Below are positions 27,055 through 37,526 of a stretch of DNA of 64,000 bases, piece after piece. Below the pieces are notes generated by a model. That model worked only from the letters and a program-made list of their open reading frames with translations. It made no database searches and had not been told where the DNA came from. A program made the position numbers and the translations under genes. Source of the stretch: Candidatus Methylacidiphilales bacterium (GTDB taxonomy: Bacteria > Verrucomicrobiota > Verrucomicrobiia > Methylacidiphilales > JAAUTS01); NCBI GenBank assembly GCA_038250235.1, contig JBBSCO010000004.1, positions 4,645 to 68,644 of the forward strand. The letters run 5' to 3'. The first letter of the stretch is position 1; every line of letters begins with the position of its first letter.

Positions 27055-27554
27055 GGCAGCTTGGTTTTTAGAACAGTGCGGGTTTGCTTGTTCCGGAAAA
27101 CGATCAGCTTTTTGGACAAGGCAGAATCATGCAGCGCGAGAATTGACACTGCAGCGAGACCGGCATTGATGGAGCCAGCTTTGCCGACGGCCAGGGAAAG
27201 AACGGGGATACCGGCAGGCATCTGGGCGATGGATAGCAAAGAGTCCAATCCTTGGAGGGCCTTGGATTCTACAGGAACTCCGAGCACGGGTAGTTCCGTC
27301 ATGGCGGCGGTCATGCCGGGAAGATGTGCCGCTCCACCCGCTCCGGCGATAATCAGTTGCAGACCGCGTTTGGAGGCGGAAGTCGCATAGTCTACCAGAA
27401 GTTTCGGCGTGCGGTGGGCGCTGACGATCTTCTTTTCGTAGGGAACGCCGAACTCTTCCAGCTTTTGCGCTGCATGCTGCATGGTTTCCCAATCGGAGTG
27501 GCTGCCCATAATGATGCCGACAAGGGGTTTGACAGGAGCTTTCGTCTTTTTCAT
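27051..27554 (-). CDS. purE: N5-carboxyaminoimidazole ribonucleotide mutase
   Basis: [37 protein letters not shown] at 27554 (MKKTKAP) preferred. Confidence 0.9.
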   Translation of the reverse strand: MKKTKAPVKPLVGIIMGSHSDWETMQHAAQKLEEFGVPYEKKIVSAHRTPKLLVDYATSASKRGLQLIIAGAGGAAHLPGMTAAMTELPVLGVPVESKALQGLDSLLSIAQMPAGIPVLSLAVGKAGSINAGLAAVSILALHDSALSKKLIVFRNKQTRTVLKTKLP

Positions 27555-27609
27555 GAACGTCCTCCCAAAATGCAAGGTTCGGGGACGGGATGCAACACTT
27601 CTGCGCGGA

Positions 27610-27993
27610 TTAGACGGATTCCAGAGGGACGCCCTCTTTCAGCTTTCGGATGATGAAAACACTCAGATCGATGTCTATTTCAAGAGAGGCTTCCTTGAAT
27701 TTTTCCACAATCTCGTCACCTCTGACTTCTTCGTGCGTCACGAGCAATGGGGATGCGTTGTGAAAGGGGATGTCCCCGCCGTCATCAATCCGGTAATGCC
27801 GCAATCCCTGATCCCGTCTCCAGCGATAACAGCACATCTCCGGAGTTCCAAAGGCGTAGGTCAAATGAAAAGTGTCCACTTGCCGATCCTCATTCAGATC
27901 CACCGTGACCCAAAAATAATTGTCGGAAAAAAGACGGCGGCAGATAAAAGAATCGGCTTCATCTCCCAACCGACCGGTGTGTTCTTGAAGCAT
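27610..27993 (-). CDS. hypothetical protein
   Basis: 127-aa ORF in good coding context. No motif recognised. Confidence 0.4.
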   Translation of the reverse strand: MLQEHTGRLGDEADSFICRRLFSDNYFWVTVDLNEDRQVDTFHLTYAFGTPEMCCYRWRRDQGLRHYRIDDGGDIPFHNASPLLVTHEEVRGDEIVEKFKEASLEIDIDLSVFIIRKLKEGVPLESV

Positions 27994-28050
27994 AGGCCAT
28001 TCTAGATCCCGGTGTGAACATAAGCCATACTAGAAGAATCTAAAACAGGG

Positions 28051-28084
28051 TTGACATATAAGCATATTGAATATACATATGTAT
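28051..28084 (+). promoter_or_regulatory. putative vapBC promoter with palindromic operator
   Basis: TTGACA at 28051-28056. A-T rich -10 candidates (tataca/tacata) lie 15-17 nt downstream. Perfect 12-bp palindrome atacatatgtat at 28073-28084, just before the antitoxin start. Confidence 0.35.
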
Positions 28085-28090
28085 GTAAGT

Positions 28091-28327
28091 ATGGTAAGAA
28101 CAACCCTTCTCTTGGATGAGCATTTGATTTTTCGCATCAAAAATCTTGCCCATGCTCAGGATCAGACCATGACCCACGTTGTCCATGAATTGTTGAGCGA
28201 AGGACTGGCGAAAAGATCCGCTTCCAAGAAGACTTTAGCCCTGCCACTCCTCAGTTTTGACCTGGGCAGGCCCAGAGTAAACCTGGCGGATCGTGAAGCC
28301 TTGGAAGCTGTGATGGAAAAAGCCTGA
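28091..28327 (+). CDS. vapB: type II antitoxin, ribbon-helix-helix (VapB-like)
   Basis: MVRTTLLLDEHLIFRIKNLAHAQDQTMTHVVHELL. It ends 12 nt before the PIN toxin gene. The start is ATG 28091 or 28079. Confidence 0.65.
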   Translation: MVRTTLLLDEHLIFRIKNLAHAQDQTMTHVVHELLSEGLAKRSASKKTLALPLLSFDLGRPRVNLADREALEAVMEKA

Positions 28328-28339
28328 ACTGGGATCGAT

Positions 28340-28780
28340 ATGGCTGTTGTTCTGGATACCAACATTCTTCTTTATGCCGTTAACACGGCCTGCCACGAGC
28401 ACAGCCCCTGCCGCAACTATCTTGAGCACCTTTTTTCAAGCAGAGAAACTGTTTTTATCCCGGACAATGTACTCTATGAATTTTTGAGGGTCTCCACCCA
28501 CGCCCGGGTTTTTCAAACTCCGCTCACCTCTCAAAAGGCCTCCTTCTTTGTCGACCATCTTTTATCCCAACAGGACGTCTCTCTCTTGAGTGCTACCAAG
28601 GATCACTGGAACAGTCTAAGGCAGCTTCTGGATGAACTGGGCAGCCCCTCCGGCAATTTCTTTTTTGACATACATACCGCCGCCCTGATGCGGGAACATG
28701 GTATACGACAGATCGCGACGGCGGATGCGGACTTCTCCAAAATCAAGGGCCTCATCGTTCATAACCCTCTAGTATCCTAA
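28340..28780 (+). CDS. vapC: PIN-domain ribonuclease toxin
   Basis: MAVVLDTNILLYA (first acidic residue), FFFDIHTAALM, IATADADFSKI. Confidence 0.85.
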   Translation: MAVVLDTNILLYAVNTACHEHSPCRNYLEHLFSSRETVFIPDNVLYEFLRVSTHARVFQTPLTSQKASFFVDHLLSQQDVSLLSATKDHWNSLRQLLDELGSPSGNFFFDIHTAALMREHGIRQIATADADFSKIKGLIVHNPLVS

Positions 28781-28794
28781 TAACTATCCTGATT

Positions 28795-29925
28795 ATGCTC
28801 ACAGCCATTCTTATTCTGCTCGTTCTGGTCCTGGTCGCGCTCCTCGCCCTTTTCTATTACCTCAGCCAATTGAAGCCTGCCCTCGAAAACCGGCAATTGG
28901 CAGATTCGTCAACCCTGCGCGAAAGCCTGATCCGGAGCCTTGGCGATCAAAAGGCGGACTTCCGTGATTTCAATACCGCCAACGCCGGGGAGCTGCGCAA
29001 AAGCATTCAGGATTCCCTCACCAGCCAGTCCCTTCTCCTGGAAAAACGCTTTGAAACGCTCCAGACCCAGACCAATGAGCGGTTACAGGAAATCCGCATC
29101 AACGTGGAAAAGCGGTTGCAGGACAATCTGGAACAGAATTTCTCCGCCTTCAAAGACATGTCGAAAAGCCTGGGGGACATGAAATCGAGCGCCGACCAAA
29201 TGCTTAAGGTTAGTGCCCAGGTTAGTGAGCTCAACCATATCCTGGCCTCACCAAAACTTCAGGGAAACTTCGGCGAAACCGCCCTGGAAAAATTGCTTCA
29301 GGATATTCTTCCAGAAAGTGCCTATGAATGGCAGCCCCGCATTGCCGAAGGGCTCCAGCCCGATGCCTCCATCCACATTAAAAACCTGCGACTGTGCATT
29401 GACGCCAAATTTCCCAAGGATCGCATTGCTGCCCTGCTGAATGATGCCGCCGACGAAGCCGCCCAAACCCTGGCCCGCAAGGAACTCGGAACGGTTATTA
29501 AAAACATGGCTTCTGATATTTCCAAAAAATATGTGCGCCCTGATCTGGGCACCACGGACCAGGCCTTCATGTTTGTTCCGAGCGAAAGCCTCTACTACGA
29601 AATTCTGAAGCAGCCCGAGTTAATTGAGCATTGCCGCAAAGTCAAAGTCAGTGTTGTTTCACCCAACACCCTCGCCGCCACACTTTACGCGGTGGCCTTG
29701 GCCTTCCGGGGTTATGAAATGCAGGAAAACGCCCAAAATATGTTGCGAACCATTCAGGACATGGATCGTCATTTCCAGAATTTCCGGGAAGACTTCACCA
29801 AGATAGGCCAACGCCTTCAGCAGGCCCAAGACGACTACACGAAAGCCGGACGCGACCTGGACCGCTTCGACAAAACCATCCACAAATTGCGTGATGGCGA
29901 AGGTAGTCTCAAGCTGGAAAATTAA
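28795..29925 (+). CDS. rmuC: DNA recombination protein RmuC
   Basis: N-terminal TM, long coiled coil, LASPKLQGNFGETALEKLL, FMFVPSESLYYE, VSPNTL. Confidence 0.9.
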   Translation: MLTAILILLVLVLVALLALFYYLSQLKPALENRQLADSSTLRESLIRSLGDQKADFRDFNTANAGELRKSIQDSLTSQSLLLEKRFETLQTQTNERLQEIRINVEKRLQDNLEQNFSAFKDMSKSLGDMKSSADQMLKVSAQVSELNHILASPKLQGNFGETALEKLLQDILPESAYEWQPRIAEGLQPDASIHIKNLRLCIDAKFPKDRIAALLNDAADEAAQTLARKELGTVIKNMASDISKKYVRPDLGTTDQAFMFVPSESLYYEILKQPELIEHCRKVKVSVVSPNTLAATLYAVALAFRGYEMQENAQNMLRTIQDMDRHFQNFREDFTKIGQRLQQAQDDYTKAGRDLDRFDKTIHKLRDGEGSLKLEN

Positions 29926-29975
29926 CTGCCGAGAAGCGGCTATAACCCAACATTCCGCCCCGAAACTCAATCAGA

Positions 29976-30019
29976 AATGCGACAATCAAACTGACGATCG
30001 TCAGTTTGATTGTCGCATT
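29976..30019. repeat. perfect 44-bp palindrome (22-bp arms, no spacer)
   Basis: aatgcgacaatcaaactgacga|tcgtcagtttgattgtcgcatt, checked base by base. The centre is CGATCG. It lies 50 nt after the rmuC stop, at the edge of an AT-rich degraded region. Confidence 0.9.
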
Positions 30020-30504
30020 CTTAAAACCTGAGGAAAAAAACGGGTAGGAGTCTGCGTTCGGATAAGAGGCTGATAATAGATCAAATTTCCAGATTATTCT
30101 CTTCGCATTTTTTCTTTGCGTCCAAGGTTAGGTTGCCAGAAGTATCATCCGCCTGACGGAAAGGAATCGGAAGTATTTATGTGTGAATAGGGTTTACTCG
30201 CAATAATCAACCGATCGTCCCTTTAGCGTTTTATCACTGCAGCGGCAAAGGCATCCCAGACACAGGGATGCCGTAAGGTAATGTATTCTGTCCTTGTTTT
30301 TGACCCATTCAAAATCAACCAATACCATAGTGTTCAAACACCAGTCGGGACAGTGGCCGCCACCTAACTAAACAAAGAGCTTTTCCATTTTTTGACTTTG
30401 AGGATGCTCCCGACTTCTTTCGCATGGTAGTTCCATAATAAATCTCCGTCCAAAACAGGAACAGGGCCGAGTTATTGCTCGAAGTTGTCGCATTCAGGAT
30501 CCAC

Positions 30505-31547
30505 CTAGTTTATCAACTTCTGCCAAACGTGCTCCAACAATTGTTTTTCTGAAAAAAGACCTGAAATCACGGTCAATTCTTTGATCCCGCATCCTTGTAT
30601 CATCGATATGATATTGATCGGGGAATTGGTTTCAGCAGATTTATGTAGGACATCTAAGGCGGTTTCCTCGCCCAGTGGTGAGCAGAAAAGACCTCCCCCT
30701 TTAAGCCGATAAAAACAGAGAGCTTTGTTGATGCAAATAAGCACTCGAAAAATAAAAGACGTTGTGCCGAGGCCCGTTCATAAGCAGTGATTACACCGGA
30801 TTCGGGATCAATTAAACCCATAGCCAAGAAAGATTGATCATCCAAAACTTCCAGCAAGGCAGGGTGGCTACTTTCCTGCGCCAGGATCAGAATACGCTCA
30901 TCATTATTAAGAGCCAGGCAGGAATCTTCGAAACAGCGTTGCTCCAGACTTTAGCCTGCCTCGTTTTGTTTTAAAAAGAGGTGCCAGATGATGGAGGTAT
31001 AGAGCTCTTAGCTGTGAGCATTTTCAACCTCGCCCGTCGGGAGAGCTACAGGTTCTTCCGGGGCCAGAGATTCTATCACCCGGTTAGACATCAAATCATC
31101 CAGATCCTTTTCTTAGGTAAGAAATTTGTCAAAAATTTGCAAAACATAGAGATTAGACTCGCTGGTTCCGGGGCAGTTAATCAGGCCATAGCGCCCGGAC
31201 TCACAACGTCTGAGGTGGATACCATTATTCAGGGCAGGAGAAGCTCTTCTTTTCTTGGAAGACATTCCCAAGTAAAATCGATCTAAGGGTTTTAGGATAA
31301 GCTTTTGGAGCCTAGAAACCCATTTAAAAGGTGGAAAACAAAATAAGGAATGCATTCTAACATTATTATTACGTAAGGGAAAATTACCATCACGAGCAAA
31401 ACTCAGGTCCAAATCCCTGATCACCGTTATAAAAGGCCAAAAGTATTGCCCAAGATAATGAAATGAGTCTGGCCGAAGTGTTTTAACGAGGCTTGAAGCG
31501 TCTGATTCCGGTTTAGCCCCCTCAAAAAAATTCCCTTTCCCCAACAT
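30505..31547 (-). pseudogene. degraded gene of unknown family (three in-frame TAA codons plus a frameshift)
   Basis: ORFs 31113..31547 and 30654..30857 share one frame (690 nt apart). The sequence between them stays open except for TAA codons (..DKFLT*EKD.., ..NAHS*ELY.., ..NEAG*SLEQ..). ORF 30505..30744 continues in another frame. Confidence 0.5.
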
Positions 31548-31558
31548 AAGCCTTTGAG

Positions 31559-31804
31559 GTGCTCATGGCCTATCGTCTGCATCCTCACTGGAAACGTTAC
31601 GGATTTCCCAAAAACAGTCGCCGCTTACATGACGAGTTGTGGAATTTTGCCTCAACACCCGGACTGGCTCGTCAACGGCTTTTTGATGCCCGGTCCGCCT
31701 ATTGCCTTCTTCATCAGGGCGTAAGCCATCTTGCGACCTTTAATGTGGAAGACTATGAAGGTTTGGGCTTTGAGCGCGTTGACAATCCGCTTCTTGAAAA
31801 TTAG
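31559..31804 (+). pseudogene. PIN-domain (VapC-like) C-terminal remnant
   Basis: LFDARSAYCLLHQGVSHLATFNVEDYEGLGFERVDNPL matches the C-terminal PIN pattern (DA..y..A....LaTfN..DF). The N-terminal DTN-type half and an antitoxin are both absent. Confidence 0.45.
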
Positions 31805-31867
31805 CAGCCGGAATTTCGTAATTCTTCTTTGCCTCCTGCACTCTCTTGCCCTTAAATAATTGCCTTC

Positions 31868-32899
31868 ATGAGCAAAGCCCCATCACAAAAAGCCTATGCC
31901 GCGGCCGGAGTTGACATCGATCTGGGAAACTCCCTGAAATCGGGTCTGGTCAGCCGCATCCAATCCACCCATCGCCCCGAAGTCCTGAGCAAAATCGGTG
32001 GCTTTGGCGGGCTTTTTAAAGCTTCCTTCAAAGGCTACAAAGAACCCGTGCTGGTCAGTAGCATCGATGGTGTCGGCACCAAGCTCAAAGTCGCCTCCAT
32101 GCTGGGCAAACACGACACGATCGGCCAGGACTTGGTCAACCACTGCGTCAACGACATCGCGGTGGTTGGAGCTGAGCCTCTTTTCTTCCTCGATTACATC
32201 GGAACGGGTAAACTCGAGCCTGCTGTTTTTCACTCCATCATCGGGGGCCTTTCCAAAGCCTGTAAAGAAGCCGGCTGCGCCCTGATCGGCGGCGAAACGG
32301 CCCAGATGCCCGGTATTTATCACGGGGAAGACTACGATCTGGTCGGCACCATCATCGGTGTGGTGGACAAAAAGAAAGCCATCGACGGATCGAAAATCCA
32401 ACCGGGCGATGTTCTGATCGGCTTCCCGTCCTCTGGTCTGCATACCAACGGCTATTCCCTCGCCCGCCAGATTCTTTTCACCAAGCTGCAGATGTCTCTG
32501 GAAGACACCTTGCCCGGCACCAAAAAGACGCTGGGCGAGGCCCTGCTGGCCGTGCACGTGAATTACCAGCCCTTGTTGAAAAAACTTTCCAAAGAAGTGT
32601 CCTTCAAAGGCCTCTCCCACATCACGGGCGGCGGCTTTGTGGATAACATTCCGCGTATCCTGCCCGCCAATGTGGATGTCGAGATTGACGTAAAATCCTA
32701 TCCCTCGTTGCCCATTTTTGATCTCTTGGCCGGAAGCGGTGTCTGTGAGCGCGAGGAGCTTTATCAGGTCTTCAATATGAGCATCGGCATGGTGGCCATT
32801 GTTTCAGCCAAGGACGCGCCGAAAATCCTGAAGAAAACCAAAGCTTATGTCATCGGCAAAGCGGTCAAAGGCAAACGCAGGGTGAAACTGAAGTTTTGA
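31868..32899 (+). CDS. purM: phosphoribosylformylglycinamidine cyclo-ligase (AIR synthetase)
   Basis: YAAAGVDIDLGN, GGFGGLF, SIDGVGTKLK, DLVNHCVNDI, GGETAQMPG. Confidence 0.95.
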   Translation: MSKAPSQKAYAAAGVDIDLGNSLKSGLVSRIQSTHRPEVLSKIGGFGGLFKASFKGYKEPVLVSSIDGVGTKLKVASMLGKHDTIGQDLVNHCVNDIAVVGAEPLFFLDYIGTGKLEPAVFHSIIGGLSKACKEAGCALIGGETAQMPGIYHGEDYDLVGTIIGVVDKKKAIDGSKIQPGDVLIGFPSSGLHTNGYSLARQILFTKLQMSLEDTLPGTKKTLGEALLAVHVNYQPLLKKLSKEVSFKGLSHITGGGFVDNIPRILPANVDVEIDVKSYPSLPIFDLLAGSGVCEREELYQVFNMSIGMVAIVSAKDAPKILKKTKAYVIGKAVKGKRRVKLKF

Positions 32900-33005
32900 C
32901 AAACAATACGGTTGAACAGGAAGGACGCAAAGAGGCGCGAAACTTTTTTGGCTCCTAAATTCTTGTGTTCTTCCCCGATCTTCCTGTTTTAAAATATCCC
33001 TTCTT

Positions 33006-34547
33006 ATGATTAAAAAAGCCCTTCTCTCCGTCTCCGATAAAACCGGCCTGCTGGTCTTGGCCCAATTTCTCGCCTCCAAGAACATCCAGCTCATCTCCAC
33101 CGGTGGAACGGCCAAGCTGCTACACGATAACCATGTGCCGGTCACGGAAATTTCGGACTACACCGGTTTCCCCGAAATGATGGAAGGCCGGGTCAAAACG
33201 CTTCACCCGAAAGTCCACGGAGGCCTGCTGCACCTGCGGGACAACGCCGAACACATCGCTCAGGCCAAAGAACACAACATTGAGGCCATCGATCTTGTCA
33301 TCGTCAACCTCTACCCCTTCGAGCAAACCCTGGCGAAACCCGTAGTCCAACATCGCGAATTGATCGAGAATATCGACATCGGCGGGCCCTCCATGCTGCG
33401 CAGTGCGGCCAAGAACTACCGAAGCGTTACGGTGGTTGTGGATGCAGGAGATTACGCCACCATTCAGGCAGAAATCGAAGAGAACGGTGACACTACGGCG
33501 GAAACCCGTGAGAAGCTCGCCGCCAAAGTTTTTCGCCACACCTCCCATTATGATTCTCTGATCGCGAAATACCTGACTGGTGCCTGTGAAAAGGAAAACC
33601 CGGTTCTGCAGGAAACCGCCGGAGTTCTGGCTAAAAAGGCCCAGTCCTTGCGTTACGGTGAAAACCCACACCAGAAAGCGGCACTTTACGGCTCTTTCCA
33701 CAGCCACTTCAACCAGATCCATGGCAAGGAACTTTCTTACAACAACATCATCGACATTAGTGCGGCCGTGCAATTGATCGGAGAATTCGCCAGTGAATCC
33801 CAGCCGACGCTTGCCATTCTGAAGCACACCAATCCCTGCGGCGTCGGTGCCGGAACTTCGCTTAGGGAAGCCTGGGACAAAGCTTACGCCACGGACAAGC
33901 AAGCGCCCTTCGGAGGAATCATCGTCGTCAACAAACCGCTCGACCTGGCTGTGGCGGAGGCCATCGCGGGAATTTTCTCCGAAGTGATCATCGCCCCTTC
34001 GTTCAACCCGGATGCGGCTGAACTGCTGAAAAAGAAAAAGAACCTTCGCCTGATCGAAAATCATTACGTGGCTTTAGCTGTCGCTTACGACTACAAATCG
34101 GTTACTGGCGGCCTGCTCGTCCAGGAAAGCGATGTTCAGCCTTTCGATGAAGCTGCCTGGAAAGTCGTCACCAAACGACAGCCGACGGACGAAGAGTTGA
34201 AGGCCTTACGTTTCGGCTGGCGAGTGGTCAAACACGTCAAATCCAACGCAATTGTTTACGCCGCCACAGACAGAACCATCGGGGTAGGTGCCGGACAAAT
34301 GTCGCGCGTGGATTCCTCCCGTATTGCCGTTTGGAAAGCCGGTGAGGCCGGGCTCAGCCTTAAAGGCAGCATCATCGCCTCGGATGCGTTTTTCCCATTT
34401 GCGGACGGTATTCTGGCCGCTGCCCAAGCCGGTGCAGTTGCCGCCATTCAGCCAGGAGGCAGTGTGCGTGATGAAGAAGTTATCAAGGCGGCGGACGAAG
34501 CCGGAATGGCCATGATCTTCACCGCCCGCCGTCATTTCAGGCATTAA
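33006..34547 (+). CDS. purH: bifunctional AICAR transformylase / IMP cyclohydrolase
   Basis: [51 protein letters not shown]-terminus. Confidence 0.95.
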   Translation: MIKKALLSVSDKTGLLVLAQFLASKNIQLISTGGTAKLLHDNHVPVTEISDYTGFPEMMEGRVKTLHPKVHGGLLHLRDNAEHIAQAKEHNIEAIDLVIVNLYPFEQTLAKPVVQHRELIENIDIGGPSMLRSAAKNYRSVTVVVDAGDYATIQAEIEENGDTTAETREKLAAKVFRHTSHYDSLIAKYLTGACEKENPVLQETAGVLAKKAQSLRYGENPHQKAALYGSFHSHFNQIHGKELSYNNIIDISAAVQLIGEFASESQPTLAILKHTNPCGVGAGTSLREAWDKAYATDKQAPFGGIIVVNKPLDLAVAEAIAGIFSEVIIAPSFNPDAAELLKKKKNLRLIENHYVALAVAYDYKSVTGGLLVQESDVQPFDEAAWKVVTKRQPTDEELKALRFGWRVVKHVKSNAIVYAATDRTIGVGAGQMSRVDSSRIAVWKAGEAGLSLKGSIIASDAFFPFADGILAAAQAGAVAAIQPGGSVRDEEVIKAADEAGMAMIFTARRHFRH

Positions 34548-34820
34548 TAGGTCTCATGCGCCTTCATAAGGCTTGTTGCGATTGAAGATTCACTAAGGGA
34601 AGCCCTGTTGTATACGTCGCCAACAACAGGAAAGCAAAAGCCACATAGAGCACGAACCAAGCGCTTCTTTTCATGAACACTCTTCATACATCATTGAAAT
34701 GAAACTCAGACACACTCACATACAATCAATACTGAATTTATATAAATATCTATACACAAGGTATTTATAATAACTTCAAATCGACCTGATTAAAAAATGA
34801 AATAGATTTTAACTCTATCT

Positions 34821-36010
34821 ATGATCCTTTACGAACGGCCACAAAACTGGATGCGATACGAACTTCAAGCCATCCTGCCGGAGCTGACCGGTGCCAAGGC
34901 TGCCCTGATCTCGCTGACTGCCATGCCTTATCAGAAAAGTTGGGCGGAAAAGTTATAGGCGGTTAAGTCGAAGCGGGAAATTGCGGGCACATTACGCATG
35001 GAAGGAGCAGACTTTACAGAACGTGAGTTGGATGCTGCCCTGCAAGAGTCACCGCGCAACTTTTTACCCGTTCCCAACGTCAGGCTGCCCCTGCTGTCGC
35101 CACGTATCGTTGGTTGGCTCAATGACCCAATGCCAGGCCTATTGACACGGATCTGATCTGCGAAATCCATCACCATAGGGTAACGGGCGCAGATGATGAC
35201 CATTGTCCCCCAGGTAAATTCAGAACCCAGGATCAAAATGTAAACTTTGGAATTCCCAAGTATTGGGGAGTCACTGGAGGTAAGGAATGTGAGCAGTCAC
35301 TCGAGGCTTTGTGTAATGCCGCCCAAACAATTTATCGTGGGCATGACCCTTTAATCCAGGCCTTGGCAATGCATTATCATTTTGCCTCCATGCATCCTTT
35401 TCTGGATGGAAATGGGCGTTCAGCAAGAGCTTTGGAAGCTTTGATGTTATAGCGAAGGGGATTGAGGGATTCTCTCTTTATTGCGATGTCCAATTTTTAC
35501 TATGAAGAGAAAAACGCTTACTTAGAAACATTGGCCAAGGTTCGATATCTGAATCACGATCTGACACGGTTTCTTCAATTAGGATAGAAAGGCATTGAAT
35601 TACGGTGCCGCCGCCTGTTCTTGGAAATAAGAACGCATTTAGCCAAAGCACTTTATCGCAACATGGCCTTTGATTTTTTCAATCGTCTGAAAACGCCAAA
35701 ACGCAGGGCCATGACCGGACGGCAGATGGAAATTTTAAAGCTGCTACTTGAAGAAGAAACCATGCTATTAAAAGACTTAACACAGCGCACTCATCACGTC
35801 TACCAGGTCAAGAATCCTTATGTTGCGTTGATTCGTGATTTGAATGAGCTGATTAGTTTGCAGGCGATAGGATATGATAAACTGCCGGAACATCAGTTCC
35901 GCATGAAAATTAATTTGGAGTGGCCGACTCAGATCACAGAAACCGAATTTTTCAAAAGGATTAAAAGCATGCCCAAAGCAAAAACGCTGAGCTTCCTTTC
36001 TACATCCTGA
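34821..36010 (+). pseudogene. Fic/DOC family protein pseudogene
   Basis: The Fic motif HPFLDGNGRSAR is intact at 35393-35428. The reading frame is broken by in-frame TAG codons (..WAEKL*AVK.., ..EALML*RRG.., ..FLQLG*KG..) and by frameshifts between 35100 and 35390. Only the C-terminal wHTH-like tail (35621..36010) is an open ORF. Confidence 0.8.
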
Positions 36011-36142
36011 GCCCGGCATGCCGACATAGATGGCTTATTCCACCTACTTTTTAATCAGCAGATTTTAACAAAATTACGACTTTTGTGCCATTTCTGCGAC
36101 TTTCCTATTGCTGTCATAAAGCAGTCAATCTAGCGTGCGTCT

Positions 36143-36598
36143 ATGGCAATTCCTGTCAAACAGGTGAAGACAGCCCGTATCAACCAGGCCAAGGAGGTTT
36201 CCGTCATGGCGTGGTTGGAAGACCCCTATGGGCATGTGCTTTTTGTCAAACAGGCTCTGGGTAAAAAATTATGGACCCTGCCTGGAGGCAAAGTCCGCCG
36301 GAACGAATCTCTCTTCAGAGCCCTTTGTCGTGAAGTCAAAGAGGAAACAGGTCTCGTTGTTTCAGTTGGCTCCCCTGTTGATGTTTTTGACCGCCATCAA
36401 AAAGGAAACGTCACCATCCTGTATCGAATTCTGGTGAAAAAAATTCCACTGATAGTCAACAAAAAGCGGGTTCTGGAAATATCCGCCTCGGCCTACAAGG
36501 CCTCTCTTCCCCCTGCTGCCACTCCCTCAGCCAAGTTTTTCTGGATGCGGGCCCAGCACAGTTTTGAGCCTCTTTCCCTCATTAAGAAAGTGCGATGA
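36143..36598 (+). CDS. NUDIX hydrolase
   Basis: Nudix box GGKVRRNESLFRALCREVKEETGL. Confidence 0.8.
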   Translation: MAIPVKQVKTARINQAKEVSVMAWLEDPYGHVLFVKQALGKKLWTLPGGKVRRNESLFRALCREVKEETGLVVSVGSPVDVFDRHQKGNVTILYRILVKKIPLIVNKKRVLEISASAYKASLPPAATPSAKFFWMRAQHSFEPLSLIKKVR

Positions 36599-36879
36599 AT
36601 CCCGAACTCTTCGCGCGGATACTGGCCGGTTCTTTTGTCAAAGTCGTCCTGAAAGAAGAGGTAACCCTTTCAGGATATGCCGGAGCGGATCTGCTAAATC
36701 CAGCCGTAATCCGCTTCGATGGTCTTGTGCTGAATGACCAGGGCTATCTGGAAAAAGTTTCCCTGCACCTGACACAGGATGATGTGGCCGCCGTTCATTT
36801 CCTTCCGGAAGCTCCCCTATTTGTGGATGGAGACGGAAACGAATTCCGGATGGAGCCAGGATTTTTTAAAGAATTGTAG
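36595..36879 (+). CDS. hypothetical protein, translationally coupled to the NUDIX gene
   Basis: ATGA start/stop overlap at 36595-36598. 94 aa. No motif recognised. Confidence 0.4.
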   Translation: MNPELFARILAGSFVKVVLKEEVTLSGYAGADLLNPAVIRFDGLVLNDQGYLEKVSLHLTQDDVAAVHFLPEAPLFVDGDGNEFRMEPGFFKEL

Positions 36880-37012
36880 CCATTACCCCGGTCAGTTCGA
36901 AAGCAGTGCAATAAATGCAGTCACGTGCGGTGACTTTTCCATGGTTAGGCAGAGGGATTCTTTTGTGTGTCATCTCTGCGCACCTCACGTTCCTGCAGTG
37001 ACCTTCTTTCGA

Positions 37013-37321
37013 TCAGGGTGTCGGTGTGGGATTAACGGTAACCGAGCTGGTTTTGGTGTTGGATTGGCCTTGGGCGCTGCTTTTTCCGTTGCTGGTCGTG
37101 TAGCTTCCACTTTTCTCCGCGCCGTCGGCGGTTTTCGTGGCGGTGTCGGACGTTTTGATGGTATTTCCCTTTTGCGTATTGTAGTTGCCATCGATGGAGC
37201 GGGAACCGTCCTCATTCCTGGTCACACTCTTGGTGCCTGAGCTTTCGCCTTCGTTGTAGCCAGTCCGGTTGGCATTAACCTGATAGGAGTTGTCTCTGGT
37301 CTTGGCCGCCTCTTTGTTCAC
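37013..37321 (-). CDS. T/S/N/G/K-rich low-complexity protein, start uncertain (possibly decayed)
   Basis: GTG-initiated ORF. Similar composition continues upstream in frame to a TGA at 37439-37441 without any ATG/GTG/TTG. Weak call. Confidence 0.25.
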   Translation of the reverse strand: MNKEAAKTRDNSYQVNANRTGYNEGESSGTKSVTRNEDGSRSIDGNYNTQKGNTIKTSDTATKTADGAEKSGSYTTSNGKSSAQGQSNTKTSSVTVNPTPTP

Positions 37322-37526
37322 TGTGGCGGTTTTGCCATCGGCCCGTTGGGTGGTTGTGGTGCTGGAAGCCTTCGCCCCGGTCGTTTTGCCAGGTGGTGGA
37401 ATTCCTCTGGTAGCCAGTGCCCCTTCCTTATTTCGCTGTCAGCTTCCCTGTCCGCGTTCAGACTGGAAGTTGCCGCTACGATTCTTGTTCCGGGGTCCGG
37501 CCCAGGTGGGGCTTTGGTTACAAATT

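Noticed and set aside
32900-33005. ZTP, THF or glycine riboswitch upstream of purH, or upstream of the glyA fusion (39803-39948)
   Set aside because: I looked for the ZTP hallmarks (the GGGTCGTGACTGGCG-like 5' part and the CCGCCTGGGC 3' part) and for other conserved cores. None is present. The purH leader instead holds one unit of the octamer motif.
36920-36938. Intrinsic terminator after the 94-aa ORF (gtcac-gtgcg-gtgac followed by tttt)
   Set aside because: The stem is only 5 bp and of marginal stability, so it is not listed as a feature.
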